The notes under the pieces were generated by a model. That model made no database searches. It was not told the DNA's origin and saw only the letters and a list, made by a program, of their open reading frames with translations. A stretch of DNA of 64,000 nucleotides from Parasitella parasitica NRRL 2501 (lineage: Eukaryota; Fungi; Mucoromycota): positions 21,300 through 85,299 of the forward strand of contig MU619250.1 of assembly GCA_025201805.1 (NCBI GenBank), given 5' to 3'. Position numbers and translations under genes: made by a program. Shown here piece by piece: positions 1 to 13,444 of the stretch (position 1 is the stretch's first letter; each line of letters starts with the position of its first letter).

Positions 1-1322
1 CTTAATGAACTAGTTGCATCGCCAGCTTCCAAAGGAGCGTTTATAAACATTGATTTATAGACGCAATTATGCGATATTTTCAAGCATACCGCTGTATTTG
101 TTGTATTCTAGCATTTCAATAATACTCCAGGCCTTTTGAAGCTAATAATTGAAATTTACAAAAGTTTTTAAAAAAAGCACCGTTTTAATGTAAGTTGCGA
201 CTTCATGTTATCCATTAAAGGTGAATGGCACCGAATCTCGTGAATGTATTTCATTCAGCGGTTTTAGTAGAAAACAAACTTTTGCTTAATTTAAGCATTC
301 AAAGCCTAAAATTTTGATTTTTTGACTTTTCGTCCGAAAAAACATTTTCGTAATAAAGATTGATTGCTGCTTTGCAAAATGAAAGTAAATTAAATTTACA
401 ACTGCCCTTTCTTGTCTTTATTTAATTAAAGGTTTATAGATTTGATAATGTATCTTGTCTTGGTTCAATATCGTCATTCTTAAAAGAGAACTTTAAAGCA
501 AATGTGGAATATCTGCTCGTGACACTTGCTAACTGCTTAGGTATAAAAGGATGTATTTGTTGCCAGATAAAGGTTATGACATAGAGAAGAGCTCAGATTT
601 ATGTATACTTGACCACTGTCAAACTAGTTCAGGTGCATAGCGGCTGTTTTGTTGTTGCATCGTTTGGGATGCAAACAAATTGTCTGAAAACCTAAATAAC
701 GTAAATCGACTCAATGTAAACACCTAAAAAGAGAGTTTACAGAAATTATGAGTCATTCTTGACTGTGTAACAAATTTAGATAATATATTCTTCATAATGT
801 ATAATCGTCTGTTTTATCATGCAGGTGTTTATGCCTTTCAGTAGAATTGACCAGAATGGAGATTTTTTTTTTTGCCTTGCACGTATTTGACAGGTCATTG
901 AATCAAGTTTCTCATTGATTTTCAAAATAGCAAATATTTATAATTGCAAATCGTTAGGAGCCATTTTTGTTCGATGAGAATCATTGCTGATTCTTGACGT
1001 TCGAAAATAGTTTGTAATATGCATCAAACCAGCGTATCATAATGTAATAAGAATAAATTTTCGAATGCAGATGATTCTTTTTACGTAAAACCCGAAATGA
1101 TGCACGCACAAAAAGGAAATTAGTCAGAAAAGCTATTAAATGCTAAGGCCATTGGCCATTGTTCACTTTGACTTTTTTTTTTTTTTTTTTTGGATTACAA
1201 ACACCCTTTTCATTTTGCTATAAAACGGCGAGAAAAAAGTGTCTTTTTATATATACCTTTTATTTCTATTCTTTTATCGAAATTTGATATAATTCAGGCA
1301 AGATTCACAAATACACATCACC

Positions 1323-4300
1323 ATGACCGAAAAGGAAAATAATGTCAACAATGACTGGCATGCAAGGTCTATTGAACAAGTGGTAGATCACTTTGAAACT
1401 TCATTGGAAAATGGTCTTTCTACAAACGAGATTATATCAAGACATGCTACTTATGGATTCAATGAGTTGTCTGCAGGCGGCCGCCCTACATGGCTCAAGG
1501 TCATGGTCGGACAATTGTTGGATATTATGAACTGGATCTTTATCGCACTTGCCATTGCCTGTTACTGTTTAGCTGACTACATAACCGGATCATTGCTGAT
1601 GTTCATCGCGCTGCTCAATTTATATCTTGGGTTCTCTCAGGAATATGCTGCAGAACAAACACTAGCTGCTCTTCGAAACCTTTCATCTCCTATGGCCGAA
1701 GTTATCCGTGATGGCAATGAACAGTCAATTCCAAGCCGCGAAATAGTGCCTGGGGATATCCTGCTTGTTAAAGAGGGTGACTCCGTTGGCGCTGATGCTA
1801 GATTAGTGTATGTGTCTAATCTCGAATCGGACGAAGCATTGCTGACAGGTGAATCACTGCCCGTTACTAAGCAACTGATTGTTCTCGAAAACCCTGGCAA
1901 GTAGCTCTATTCAATGTCTATCAAATGAATTGCATCTAACCTACTCCTTTGCATATGTATTTTAGATGAGCCTTTGGGTGATCGTATCAATATGCTCTAC
2001 TCTTCTACTATTATTTCCAAAGGCAGAGGTAAAGCCATTGTCACTTCAACCGGCATGTACACAGAGATCGGTAAAGTCGCTTCTAAACTAAACGATGCAA
2101 GTGATTCTGATCGTACCCGCCTTCAAAAGAGCCTTGATAAAATGTACTTTATACTACTCGTTGCATCTGTCATCTGCGTCATTATTGTCCTGGCGTCTGT
2201 CAAATTCAACGTGGACTACGATACGGGAATGTACGCCATCACCAGTGCTTTGTCTGTTTTACCTGCCGGTCTGACAACCGTAATGACAGTTACGCTTGTT
2301 TTGGGCGGTAAAGAGATGACTCGACAAAAGGCTATTGTCCGTAAGCTAAAGTGTTTGGAGACTTTGGGCTCTGTTACCAATATTTTCTCTGACAAGACCG
2401 GCACTTTGACCATGGCTAAGATGGTTGTTGTGCGTTTCTGGATCCCAGTTCAAGGCTTTTTCTACGTTACGCCCAATGGTCTTGCTCCTAAGGGTGATGT
2501 TTTCTGCACCAACAACAACCTGTCCGACAAGATTAGTGACGATGCAGATGCCGAGTACGTTGACAAGACTAATCTGTCGCCTGATATGGCTCATTTGGTT
2601 CGCTGTGCTGCTCTCTGTAATATGTCCAGTATCTATCAACGTAACGAAAATGACGTTGTTATTGAAGACGACAAGAAGATGGCCGCGATTGACAATGAGG
2701 ATACTGAATCCGATGATTGGATTGCTAGCGGCGCTCCTACAGAAGTCGCTCTTCAAGTGTTTGCGCATAAATTCGGCATGGGTAAGCCTGACTTAGAGAT
2801 TAATGGCTGGGAATTACTCGCCGAATATCAGTTCGATTCTACCATCAAGCGCATGACAACCATCTGTCTGGACAAAAACACTGGCTTGATTTATGCTTTC
2901 ACCAAAGGTGCTGCTGAACGTGTTGTCGAACTCTGCAACAACACGACTACTGCGGCAGAACGCGAGCCTGTACTAGAGAATGTAAATCTCTTGGCTGCCA
3001 AAGGCCTTCGTGTCATGGCCATGTCTTATCGCAAGTTGGATTTGCCTTCTGATGTAACTGCAGAAGAACTACAGCAGGGCTCTCGTGATGACATTGAACG
3101 CGACTTGACTTTCCTGGGCCTTACTGGCATTTATGACCCTCCTAGAAAGGAGTCTAGACAAGCTGTCAGTGAAGCTCACCGTGCTGGTATCTCTGTCCAC
3201 ATGCTTACTGGCGATCATGAAATTACGGCCACTGCTATTGCAAAGGAAATCAACATCTTGAACAAGAACTTGACCCCACAAGATCTCAAGCGTTTAGTCA
3301 TGACGGGCACTGCTTTCGACGCCATGACAGATGAGGCGATCGATGCACTTGCTGATCTGCCTCTTGTGGTTGCTCGCTGCTCTCCTGAAACAAAGGTGAA
3401 AATGATCCAAGCATCTTCTCGCCGTAATAACATTGCTGCTATGACTGGCGATGGTGTTAATGATTCACCGTCATTAAGAATCGCTGACGTTGGAATCTCT
3501 ATGGGCAAAAATGGCAGTGATGTTGCCAAACAGGCTTCGGATATCATCTTGACTGATGATAACTTTGCTACTATTATCCGTGCTATTGCCGAAGGTCGTC
3601 GTATCTACCAAAATATGCAACGTTTCCTGCTTTACTATTGGATTTTGCTATTCAGTTTAGCTATTGTTGTGTTGGTCTGTTTGGCCGTTCGTGATCCCGC
3701 TGGTCGTAGCGCAGCCCCTATGTCTACTCTCCAGATGATTTACATTTATATTGCCATCACGCCTCCTGCAGGCTCTCTGAGTACTCAGCCAGCTTCTCAA
3801 ACTGTAATGAAGGAGCCACCTCGACCGCCCACTGAAAGCATTTTCAATCGCGAAATTATCATGGACACCATTGCCTACTCGCTTGGTGTCACTATTGTCT
3901 GTCTGGTTGCTTTCTTTGTTCCCCTCTATGCTATCGGTGATGGCGTTGGTGGCGTTAATTGTGATTCCAATTATGTTGCTGGTGCTTGCGATTCTTTCTT
4001 CAAGGGCCGCGCTTCTCTTCTAGTAGCATTCACTTTCTCCTCCTTGGTCATTATGGTACACTGCAGATCTTACCGTAATGTGGAATGGAATGTTGCTGGC
4101 GTTCGTGAGACTCTCCGCTCCAAGACGTTTGTAGGCACCTTGATTTTCGATATTATCACCTTGGTTCTCTTTATCTACATTCCTGTTGTTGCTATTGAGG
4201 GCTTTAGGATGATGGCCATCACATGGGAATGGGGATTAGATATGGGTCTTGTTATCTTTATTATTTTATACGGCGAAGCTTTCAAGTGGTGTAAACGACG

Positions 4301-4379
4301 CTTTTTGAAGCCTATGGATTCCGGCGCAGTAGACGACGAGTGCGATTATGACCAAGAGAATACTATCAAGAACAGCTAA
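1323..4379 (+). CDS. ENA1: ENA-type (P2D) Na+/K+-exporting P-type ATPase, 2 exons
   Basis: TGES, DKTGTLT, KGA, DPPR, MLTGD and GDGVNDSPSL motifs. M4 reads LPAGL and lacks the PEGL glutamate, as in ENA pumps. Intron 1897-1965 (GC-AG) joins the two ORFs in frame. Confidence 0.92.
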
Positions 4380-4894
4380 GGAAAATTGAAAACCCATTGT
4401 ATACATGTGCAAATGCAAGTCTCATGTATGCTTGGACACAAATCACATTAATGTACACACAGCATTCTTTTTATATAACTTGCATTTAGTCTTTTAATCC
4501 GTCAATTGTACTTAATTTACACACTTCTTTTGAAATGAACAAACTCTTTATAATTTTGTTATGTATTTATGTGTGCACTACATATTTCGTTAGAGTATCA
4601 TCCATCCATATGAAAGTCTTCAATCAAGCCTATTCATATGGAGAGTTGGTCAACTTTCTCCAGCCTCCTGTCTTCATCTTATTATTTGTTCGGGCTATGA
4701 TAGATTCTTATACACACAGGCAAATGCGGTCTTTTTATGTATTTGATATTAGCGTTCTTGAAAATCGGGTTTGTTTTTTATTGTTGATCAGGATTTATTA
4801 TGGAATAATACTGATAGTGAAATGGTGACAAAACTTTGTAATTACAAGCATATGGGGATGAGTATTCTGATTTTATTGCCTGGTTTCATGGTCC

Positions 4895-6059
4895 CTACTC
4901 TCTTTTGAGAGGACGAGCAACCTTCATAGCTTTGTAATCACCGTTTAAGGGAATACCGAGCTTCATGATTTCAGTAAATACATTCCAGTCCAATATCTTG
5001 GTCATTAAAATCTTCATAACAACCGTGATGGGCCCTTGATCAGAGACAACAATCTTGCCGGCATTACGACAGATGGTATCGGCAATGACAGAAGGAGGCG
5101 ATGAAACCTTCTGAGCCGAAGTGAGGGCAGACATCTTGCCAGCGTTGCTGTAAAAGTTAGAGTCGATAGGAGAGGGATGCTATTTTCGAAAAACGAAATA
5201 AATGGTGAGGAATATGCGTATCAAAAAAAAAAAAAAAAAAAAAAAAAACGTAAACTTACAATGACAAGAACATCGATCTTGGCCTCGGCTAATTCAGCGG
5301 CAATAGAGCCAGCAAAGGTGGTAAGGAAAACTTTGGAGGAAGCTTGATAAAAGCGCATCGATTTGTTAGTTATTAAGCCATCTATTCACATGAATGCTCT
5401 GGCAGCTTACCATACAGCGCAGACATAGGGTTGGGGATGAAACCGGCGCTGGAAGAGGTAAAGGTGATTAGGCCTTTGAGACCCTTATTTAGCATTTCAT
5501 CAGCAAAATGATGTGTCAAGATCAGGCCAGAAGTGACATTAGTGTGGAAATTGGACATCTCACGCTGCATTGCAACATCAGCATAGCCGCCAGTTGTGAT
5601 ATAGCCAGCATTGTTGCACAAAATTTGAACATCAATATCACTAGTAGCCTCCTTGACGGCATTCAAGTAGGTCTCTCCAGAGGGCTCAGAGAGATCACAG
5701 CCAACAAAACGAAATTCGACATCAGGAAACTCTTTGGTAATCGTTTCCTTGAATGTAGCAAATACAGCATCATTAAGAGCCAGAATAACGACATTCAAAC
5801 CTTGACCAGCAAACTTTCGAACAATCGCAGCGCCGATGCCAGAGGAGCCACCGGTTACCAATGCCCTGCATTTGCGACTATAAGTACAGGGACCTCAAAT
5901 GCGTCTGTCTGATCGCTGATTCACTTACCATTTGGCATTGTACTTTTTCCTCAGGTTTTGCTCAGGGCAGCCATAGGCACCGTACGCAACCAAAATAAGA
6001 TAGGGACAGACTGCCAATACGCCGATCCAGAAAAAGACTATGCGTACAGTGAGCAACAT
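4895..6059 (-). CDS. Membrane-anchored short-chain dehydrogenase/reductase (17beta-HSD12/3-ketoacyl-CoA reductase-like), multi-exon
   Basis: N-terminal hydrophobic anchor, then NLRKKYNAKW, VTGGSSGIG Rossmann motif, NNAG, and catalytic YxxxK split across an intron. Confidence 0.85.
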
Positions 6060-6609
6060 GATGCATTTACAGCAACAAGCGTAACTTTGTGCTCACCTGA
6101 AGTGATAGAGATCATGCTTGCTAATTGGAACAAAAAAAGAAGAGGGGAAAAAAATAAATGTCTGCGCGTCCTACCTTTATATATCTCGCTGAGAAAGAAC
6201 TTGCAATTTGTTGCGAGACACCGCTTTAATAGTGTATTTAACAGCGTAGATAGACATGTATTTCATGGAATACAATAAGCGCATAGCGAGCAACTCTTGC
6301 ATATAGGCGACTGTGCAGTGGAAACGGGTATCTTGATTTCTTTACTGTAGACATCTGTATAATTCTTTGTGGTTGTACAAATGACTTGCTTGATACGAAG
6401 ATGGTAATATTATGGAAGAGAGTCTGCCCATTTTCATTGTACATCTATCTCCCCCTCCTCTCTCTCTCTCTCTCTCTCTCCCTCAGCGAAACGATATCAA
6501 ATCCAACGTAACGCTACTTTTTTTTTTTTTTTCCAAGACATTTAGGCATGAAACTTTATTGGTCAGTGTGTATGATGATGGTCATATATAATGTGATGGT
6601 ATGAAGAGG

Positions 6610-8097
<1,488 letters not shown>

Positions 8098-8302
8098 TCT
8101 CCCTTTTGTGTTTTAGAGAAAGAAAGAAGACACAAACTGAAAACCTTTCATTTCTGCCAAATGTACCCATACGGGCAATGGATCCAGTTTTGGTTGCTGC
8201 TTTTTTTGAAAGCCAGGAGGCAAACCTTGACACATTTTTCATATAAAATTTTCAAATTGCACACAGCTCTCCCAGCTGGCAACGCGAGAATCAGATAAAC
8301 AA

Positions 8303-10016
8303 ATGGAAGAACCGCACGCCAAAAGAGCTCGATTGAGCTCTCCTCCAGAACCTGAGGCAAAAAACCAAGCCAGCAAAAACGATACGACAGATCTTTATCT
8401 GGATACAATTGACAGACACATGTTGGATTTTGATTTTGAAAAGGTGTGCTCAGTCTCATTGTCGCAAATCAACGTCTACGCTTGTTTGACTTGCGGCAAA
8501 TACTACCAAGGCCGTGGAAAGTCTTCCCATGCCTATTTCCACAGCATGGACAAGGACCACCATGTGTTTATCAACCTGCAAACGCTGAAAGTCTATGTCC
8601 TTCCAGACGGGTACGAGGTCGATAATGCCTCATTGAATGACATCAAAGTGAGTCGTTACTCTCTCTCTCTCTTTCACTCTACAACGTGCATTTTACTAAC
8701 ATCCCGCTAAATAGTATGTGCTCAACCCTATTCTGACAAAAGCCCAAGTGCACCAACTCGACACAACCTTGAAAATGTCTTACGATTTGAACAACAAGAA
8801 ATATCTGCCTGGCTTTATCGGTTTAAACAATGTCAAAGCAAACGATTATGTCAACGTTGTCATCCAAGCATTGGCGCACATTCCTTCCATCAGGGATTAC
8901 TTCATTTTGGAAGACTTTGAAAAGAAGGCTTCATCTCAGCTTGGTAACTAGGATACACCGTTTCAAAAAATGACAGCTGGATATTCATTTATTTCAAAAT
9001 TGCTAGTCTGTAGATTCAGTGCCTTAATCAGAAAAATGTGGAATCCAAAAGCTTTCAAGGGACAAGTGAGCCCTCACGAGCTTTTGCAAGAGATCTCAAA
9101 CGCCAGCCAAAAGAAATTCAAACTGACGGAGCAGAGCAATGCCATTGACTTTTTATCTTGGTTTCTGAACACGCTTCATAAAGACTTGGGAGGAACACGG
9201 AAGAAAAACAGCAGTAAAATATTGAGCAAAAAAAAAAGGGCGGGGGGGGGGAGAGGGGCGAGAACCACACGGTTTTAACCAGTTTGGGGGCATGTAGGCA
9301 TTATATACAGAAAGTTTCAGGGAGAAGTCAAGGTAGAATCTCAGGATTTTGGATCAGCTGGAGCACCCACTGAGAAAGAGGCATTGTTGCTGTTTGACGA
9401 AGCTAAAGAAATCAAATCCACAACTTCTCCATTCTTATTTTTGGCCCTGGATTTGCCGCAAGCACCTCTATATCAGGACGAAAAAGACAAGGATATTGTC
9501 CCTCAAGTGCCACTGACAACCATTCTTGCTAAATTCGACGGCAACAAGGTGCAGGAAGTGGCAAACCAAATGCGACGATACAGCATTATTCGGTTACCCC
9601 AATTTCTCATCTTTCACATCAAACGGTTCAACAAGAACAGCTGGACAAGCGAAAAGAACCCGACCATCGTCAACTTTCCAATCAAGAATCTCGACATATC
9701 CAACTTCACTACTGATCCTGATGCTGAAGCAGTAGGAAAACACTATGACTTGCGAGCCAACATCTGCCATGAAGGCAAACCTGACGCAGGAAAGGGAACC
9801 TATAAAGTCCATGTTCGCCATTCAGGTACAGGTCAGTGGTACCAAATCCAAGATTTAATTGTAGAAGAAATCATGCCCCAAATGATTTTCATGTCAGAAA
9901 GCTATATTCAGGTAAAAAAAAAAAAAAAAAAAAAAATTGGTGCTGATTGGCAAATAACCCTGTATTAACAAAACCTTTGGTAGATTTGGGAAAGAAAAAA
10001 TAACACAAAAGCTTGA
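8303..10016 (+). CDS. SAD1: U4/U6.U5 tri-snRNP protein Sad1/USP39 (ZnF-UBP plus inactive UCH domain), multi-exon
   Basis: LDFDFEKVCSVSLS..NVYACLTCGKYYQGRG, GLNNVKANDY, VSPHELLQ, EKNPTIVNFP; last exon IWERKNNTKA*. Confidence 0.95.
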
Positions 10017-10092
10017 ATACTAATAAAAGCCTTAAAGATTCTTTTTGAGGAATTCGTCTGTTAAACTGTCAGCCTCACGAATGTCAAATCCC

Positions 10093-10128
<36 letters not shown>
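10093..10128. repeat. (TAG)12 microsatellite
   Basis: Perfect trinucleotide run. Confidence 0.95.
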
Positions 10129-11382
10129 CGTATACCGTATTGTTAGCTGTGCTCGCTGCGATGAATAACCCAATCAGACTTACTCTGTTGACTTCAATCT
10201 TTTCTTGCAGATATGTCTTGGCCGATGCGTACTGTTATGAAAATGCGTCGTTGAGTAAACACTCTATTCGTGTCAGGTTTGGTTGCTTACAAGCATATTC
10301 ACTTCGGCCTTGGCTGTTGAAGGAGACCAGTAAACAAACACGAGAGGAAAGTTGGTTCTTCCATCATCATGCTTCAGCTAGGGATGCAATCGCATTAAAT
10401 CAATCCAATAACTCACAATGCTCTATCCCTTCTTACTTCGTAACTCAAAATAATGAAACGCGGTGTATTTTCAGGCAATTCTGTGTATTTCAATTGAGTC
10501 AGCTTGCATGTATCAGTGCTCCATCAATACAGCAGCATCAAACCTTCAATCAAATCCTCTAGAGAGATATTGTCATAAACCTCATCCTCCACAATTTTTA
10601 AGGTTTTGCGATCAATTTGCACTATCTCTCTCTCTGTTAACTTTTGTCGTAATTTACTCGCAAGATACTTACAGACAAAAGCTGCATTTCCACTTTCATA
10701 TTTAGCAAAACGAAAATCCTTGATTTTTTGGACCAGGTCAGCATCAATCTCACAGGTAGACGAGGCGCTCTATTAGTCATAAACGTTGGTACATGTGCCT
10801 TTTTTTCTCTCTCTCTCTCTTTTTACTGCCATGTAGATTTGTTTGTTACCATAATGTAATTGATATGTTTTATGGAAAAACCAGTTGTTTCCTTTTGATT
10901 TTTGAGAATTTTAACGACACGCGGGTCTTCAAACATGAAGCCCAATCTTTTGTTTTCATTTTGAAAGAGTTACTCTAAATAAAGAACATGTTTGCTGTAT
11001 GTTGGCAATTGGCATCTGTTAACCACCACCCCAACCCCCAACCCCCCCTTTGGCTGTGAAAAGTAATACAATTAGAATATGAGTCGTCTGTGAGGGCTTG
11101 TGTAGCATTGTTGAGTGCACAACAGACAATTTTCCCTCATTTCCAGTCTCCTGATAAAAAGCACCACAATGATACCAAAAGATCTGCAAAGGCTGATTGG
11201 GCATTGGTATCACTACACTTATGACATGCATTGCGTCTTCATGGCCTCAAATGATTTAAAACAAAAAGCTTAATGATACCGCTGATTGAACCTCAGCATT
11301 AAAAAGAGCCTTCACATCCTGAAATATTTTTTTCTTTCTTCTTCTTCCTGCACTATTACGCACACAATATCCAAAATACAAT

Positions 11383-11824
11383 ATGAAATCTGTCCGTGTC
11401 AATACTGAGAGCTTTGATCAGGAAGTCGACAAGGCCATCAAATCAGGTAGCCCCGTCTTTGTTCTCTTTTTCGGTACCGAAACTCCCGAGACATCAGAAT
11501 CTTGGTGTCCGGATTGTGTTATCGCTGATCCTCTTGTTCGTAGAGCCATCATTCCCGTCAAAGATGCAATCCTTATCGAAGCCCCTGTTGGTGATCGCAA
11601 TGAGTGGAAGGGTAATAGCACCCATATCTATCGTACTCGATTCGGTGTCCCTGCAATCCCTACTCTGTTCAAGTGGTCTGCTGTAAGCGATTCATTTGTT
11701 ATAATGCGTATGTGTACTACCTTCAATGTTACTAATGAATCTTTTTTAGGCGGGTCCTGGTGAGAAATTGGTTGAAGAGGAATGCGCTGATATTATCAAG
11801 CTTACCAAGTTTGTTGGAAACTAG
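11383..11824 (+). CDS. TXNDC17: Thioredoxin-domain protein TRP14/TXNDC17 (DUF953), 2 exons
   Basis: SWCPDC active site, VGDRNEWK, IPTL; intron about 11683-11749. Confidence 0.88.
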
Positions 11825-12364
11825 GCTTTGTATTTATAATAAATGGGTTTGTACCATCACATCTTGTAGTGATTATCAAAAGTGGGATAGAAATGAGTTA
11901 TGCACCATGATAAGAGTTCTTTTAATTTGTAGGAATAGCTATTTATTTGCTTTAGTGATTAAAAACCACCAAACACGAATGTGTTTGTAGAGATTTTGAG
12001 TAAACCTTGTTTGGATGCCTAAATATGCTACATTTCATGTTTTTCGTGCTATTTTTGCAGCTGTCTTTAGAAGTGGTTAACTTGCCAGTGTTTGTTATTT
12101 TATTTACGTTGTAAATGTTCAATATGAACTTCACAAGATGTAGACATTGAGTATGCTAGTATATATTAATTGAAATACGCTTGGCTCAAAATGCTAATTT
12201 TGTGCGTTATTGACCCCCTATAAACCTCTAATTTATATCGATCGATTCCCCAAAGGTCAGAGTAATATACTAATACAATTTTGTAGCATTTAGAGATATT
12301 TTATTTTTCTGTTAAAATCTGCAAATTTTCATGAGGGAGTATAAGGAAAAATTGGGGATTTTTA

Positions 12365-13119
12365 CACAATGTGGTTTTTAAGCTAAAAAACGAAACTTTT
12401 TACTATTGTTTGTGCGGACAAAATTAAGCACCAAAGTGTCCTTCTTCATTTTGTTGTTCAGGTCTTTTAGTTTACATTACCAGTTTTTGATATATTTACG
12501 AAAAACTGTTTTTCAGTTTTTTAACTTTTACGAACAATTTTATCAGGTGTTTTTTTAGAAAAGAAATAGAATATTATAGATGATATTAATTAACATGTAT
12601 TCTTATTAATTGGCTATGCGTGGTTAGTATATGTTTTGGATTGATAAAATACTTTAAAAGTGGAAAACGCTCGTTTGTATTAAACCGAATGTTTGAATCA
12701 TCCAATACTACGAAACAAATTTCAACCCCCGTAAACCAAAAATCGCACCGCATCAAAAAATGCGAAGATGCAGTATACCAAAAAAATGTACATGTGAAAT
12801 ACACAGACTTGCACATCTCACTTCGCAAGACTTGAGGATACGATTACAATAGCTCGTATTTGGCTTATTTCGATTGCTCAGTGAGCATATGACGCTTTGC
12901 TCAACTATAAAATCTAAAATCAGTAAATCCGATGGCAATAATTTGGATTATCTGATGTACCGGAAGACTTTACTGCCTGGTAATTTGCAAACAGTAACTG
13001 AATTGGCAAACAAAGCAATAGCTAAACAAACGAGAGAGCAAACTACGCTTAACTTGTGTACTGTATAGAGCAGTTTACACTGATGCTGCACCAGCTAGAA
13101 AATGCCTAATTCTATGACC
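12365..13119 (+). repeat. Long direct repeat, copy 1 (runs into the gap)
   Basis: Collinear with 15804-16409 with indels; 13025-13119 is identical to 16315-16409. Confidence 0.9.
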
Positions 13120-13392
13120 NNNNNNNNNNNNNNNNNNNNNNNNNNNNNNNNNNNNNNNNNNNNNNNNNNNNNNNNNNNNNNNNNNNNNNNNNNNNNNNNN
13201 NNNNNNNNNNNNNNNNNNNNNNNNNNNNNNNNNNNNNNNNNNNNNNNNNNNNNNNNNNNNNNNNNNNNNNNNNNNNNNNNNNNNNNNNNNNNNNNNNNNN
13301 NNNNNNNNNNNNNNNNNNNNNNNNNNNNNNNNNNNNNNNNNNNNNNNNNNNNNNNNNNNNNNNNNNNNNNNNNNNNNNNNNNNNNNNNNNNN
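13120..13392. other. Assembly gap (273 N)
   Basis: Run of N. Confidence 1.
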
Positions 13393-13444
13393 TTGCGTTC
13401 CTTCCCAAACTGATTTTTTCTTACTTTTTGTTCAGATAATTATC

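Noticed and set aside
1-60. Open frame LNELVASPASKGAFINIDL* that could be the 3' end of an upstream gene
   Set aside because: Too short to support without upstream sequence.
8160-8180. ACCCATAC Rap1-like, near-palindromic motif in the 205-bp divergent promoter of the forkhead gene and SAD1
   Set aside because: Short match expected by chance; no basis for a Rap1-type promoter factor in this lineage.
10140-10980. ORFs of 60-140 aa downstream of SAD1
   Set aside because: No motifs and no consistent splice model; may be a decayed gene but cannot be supported.
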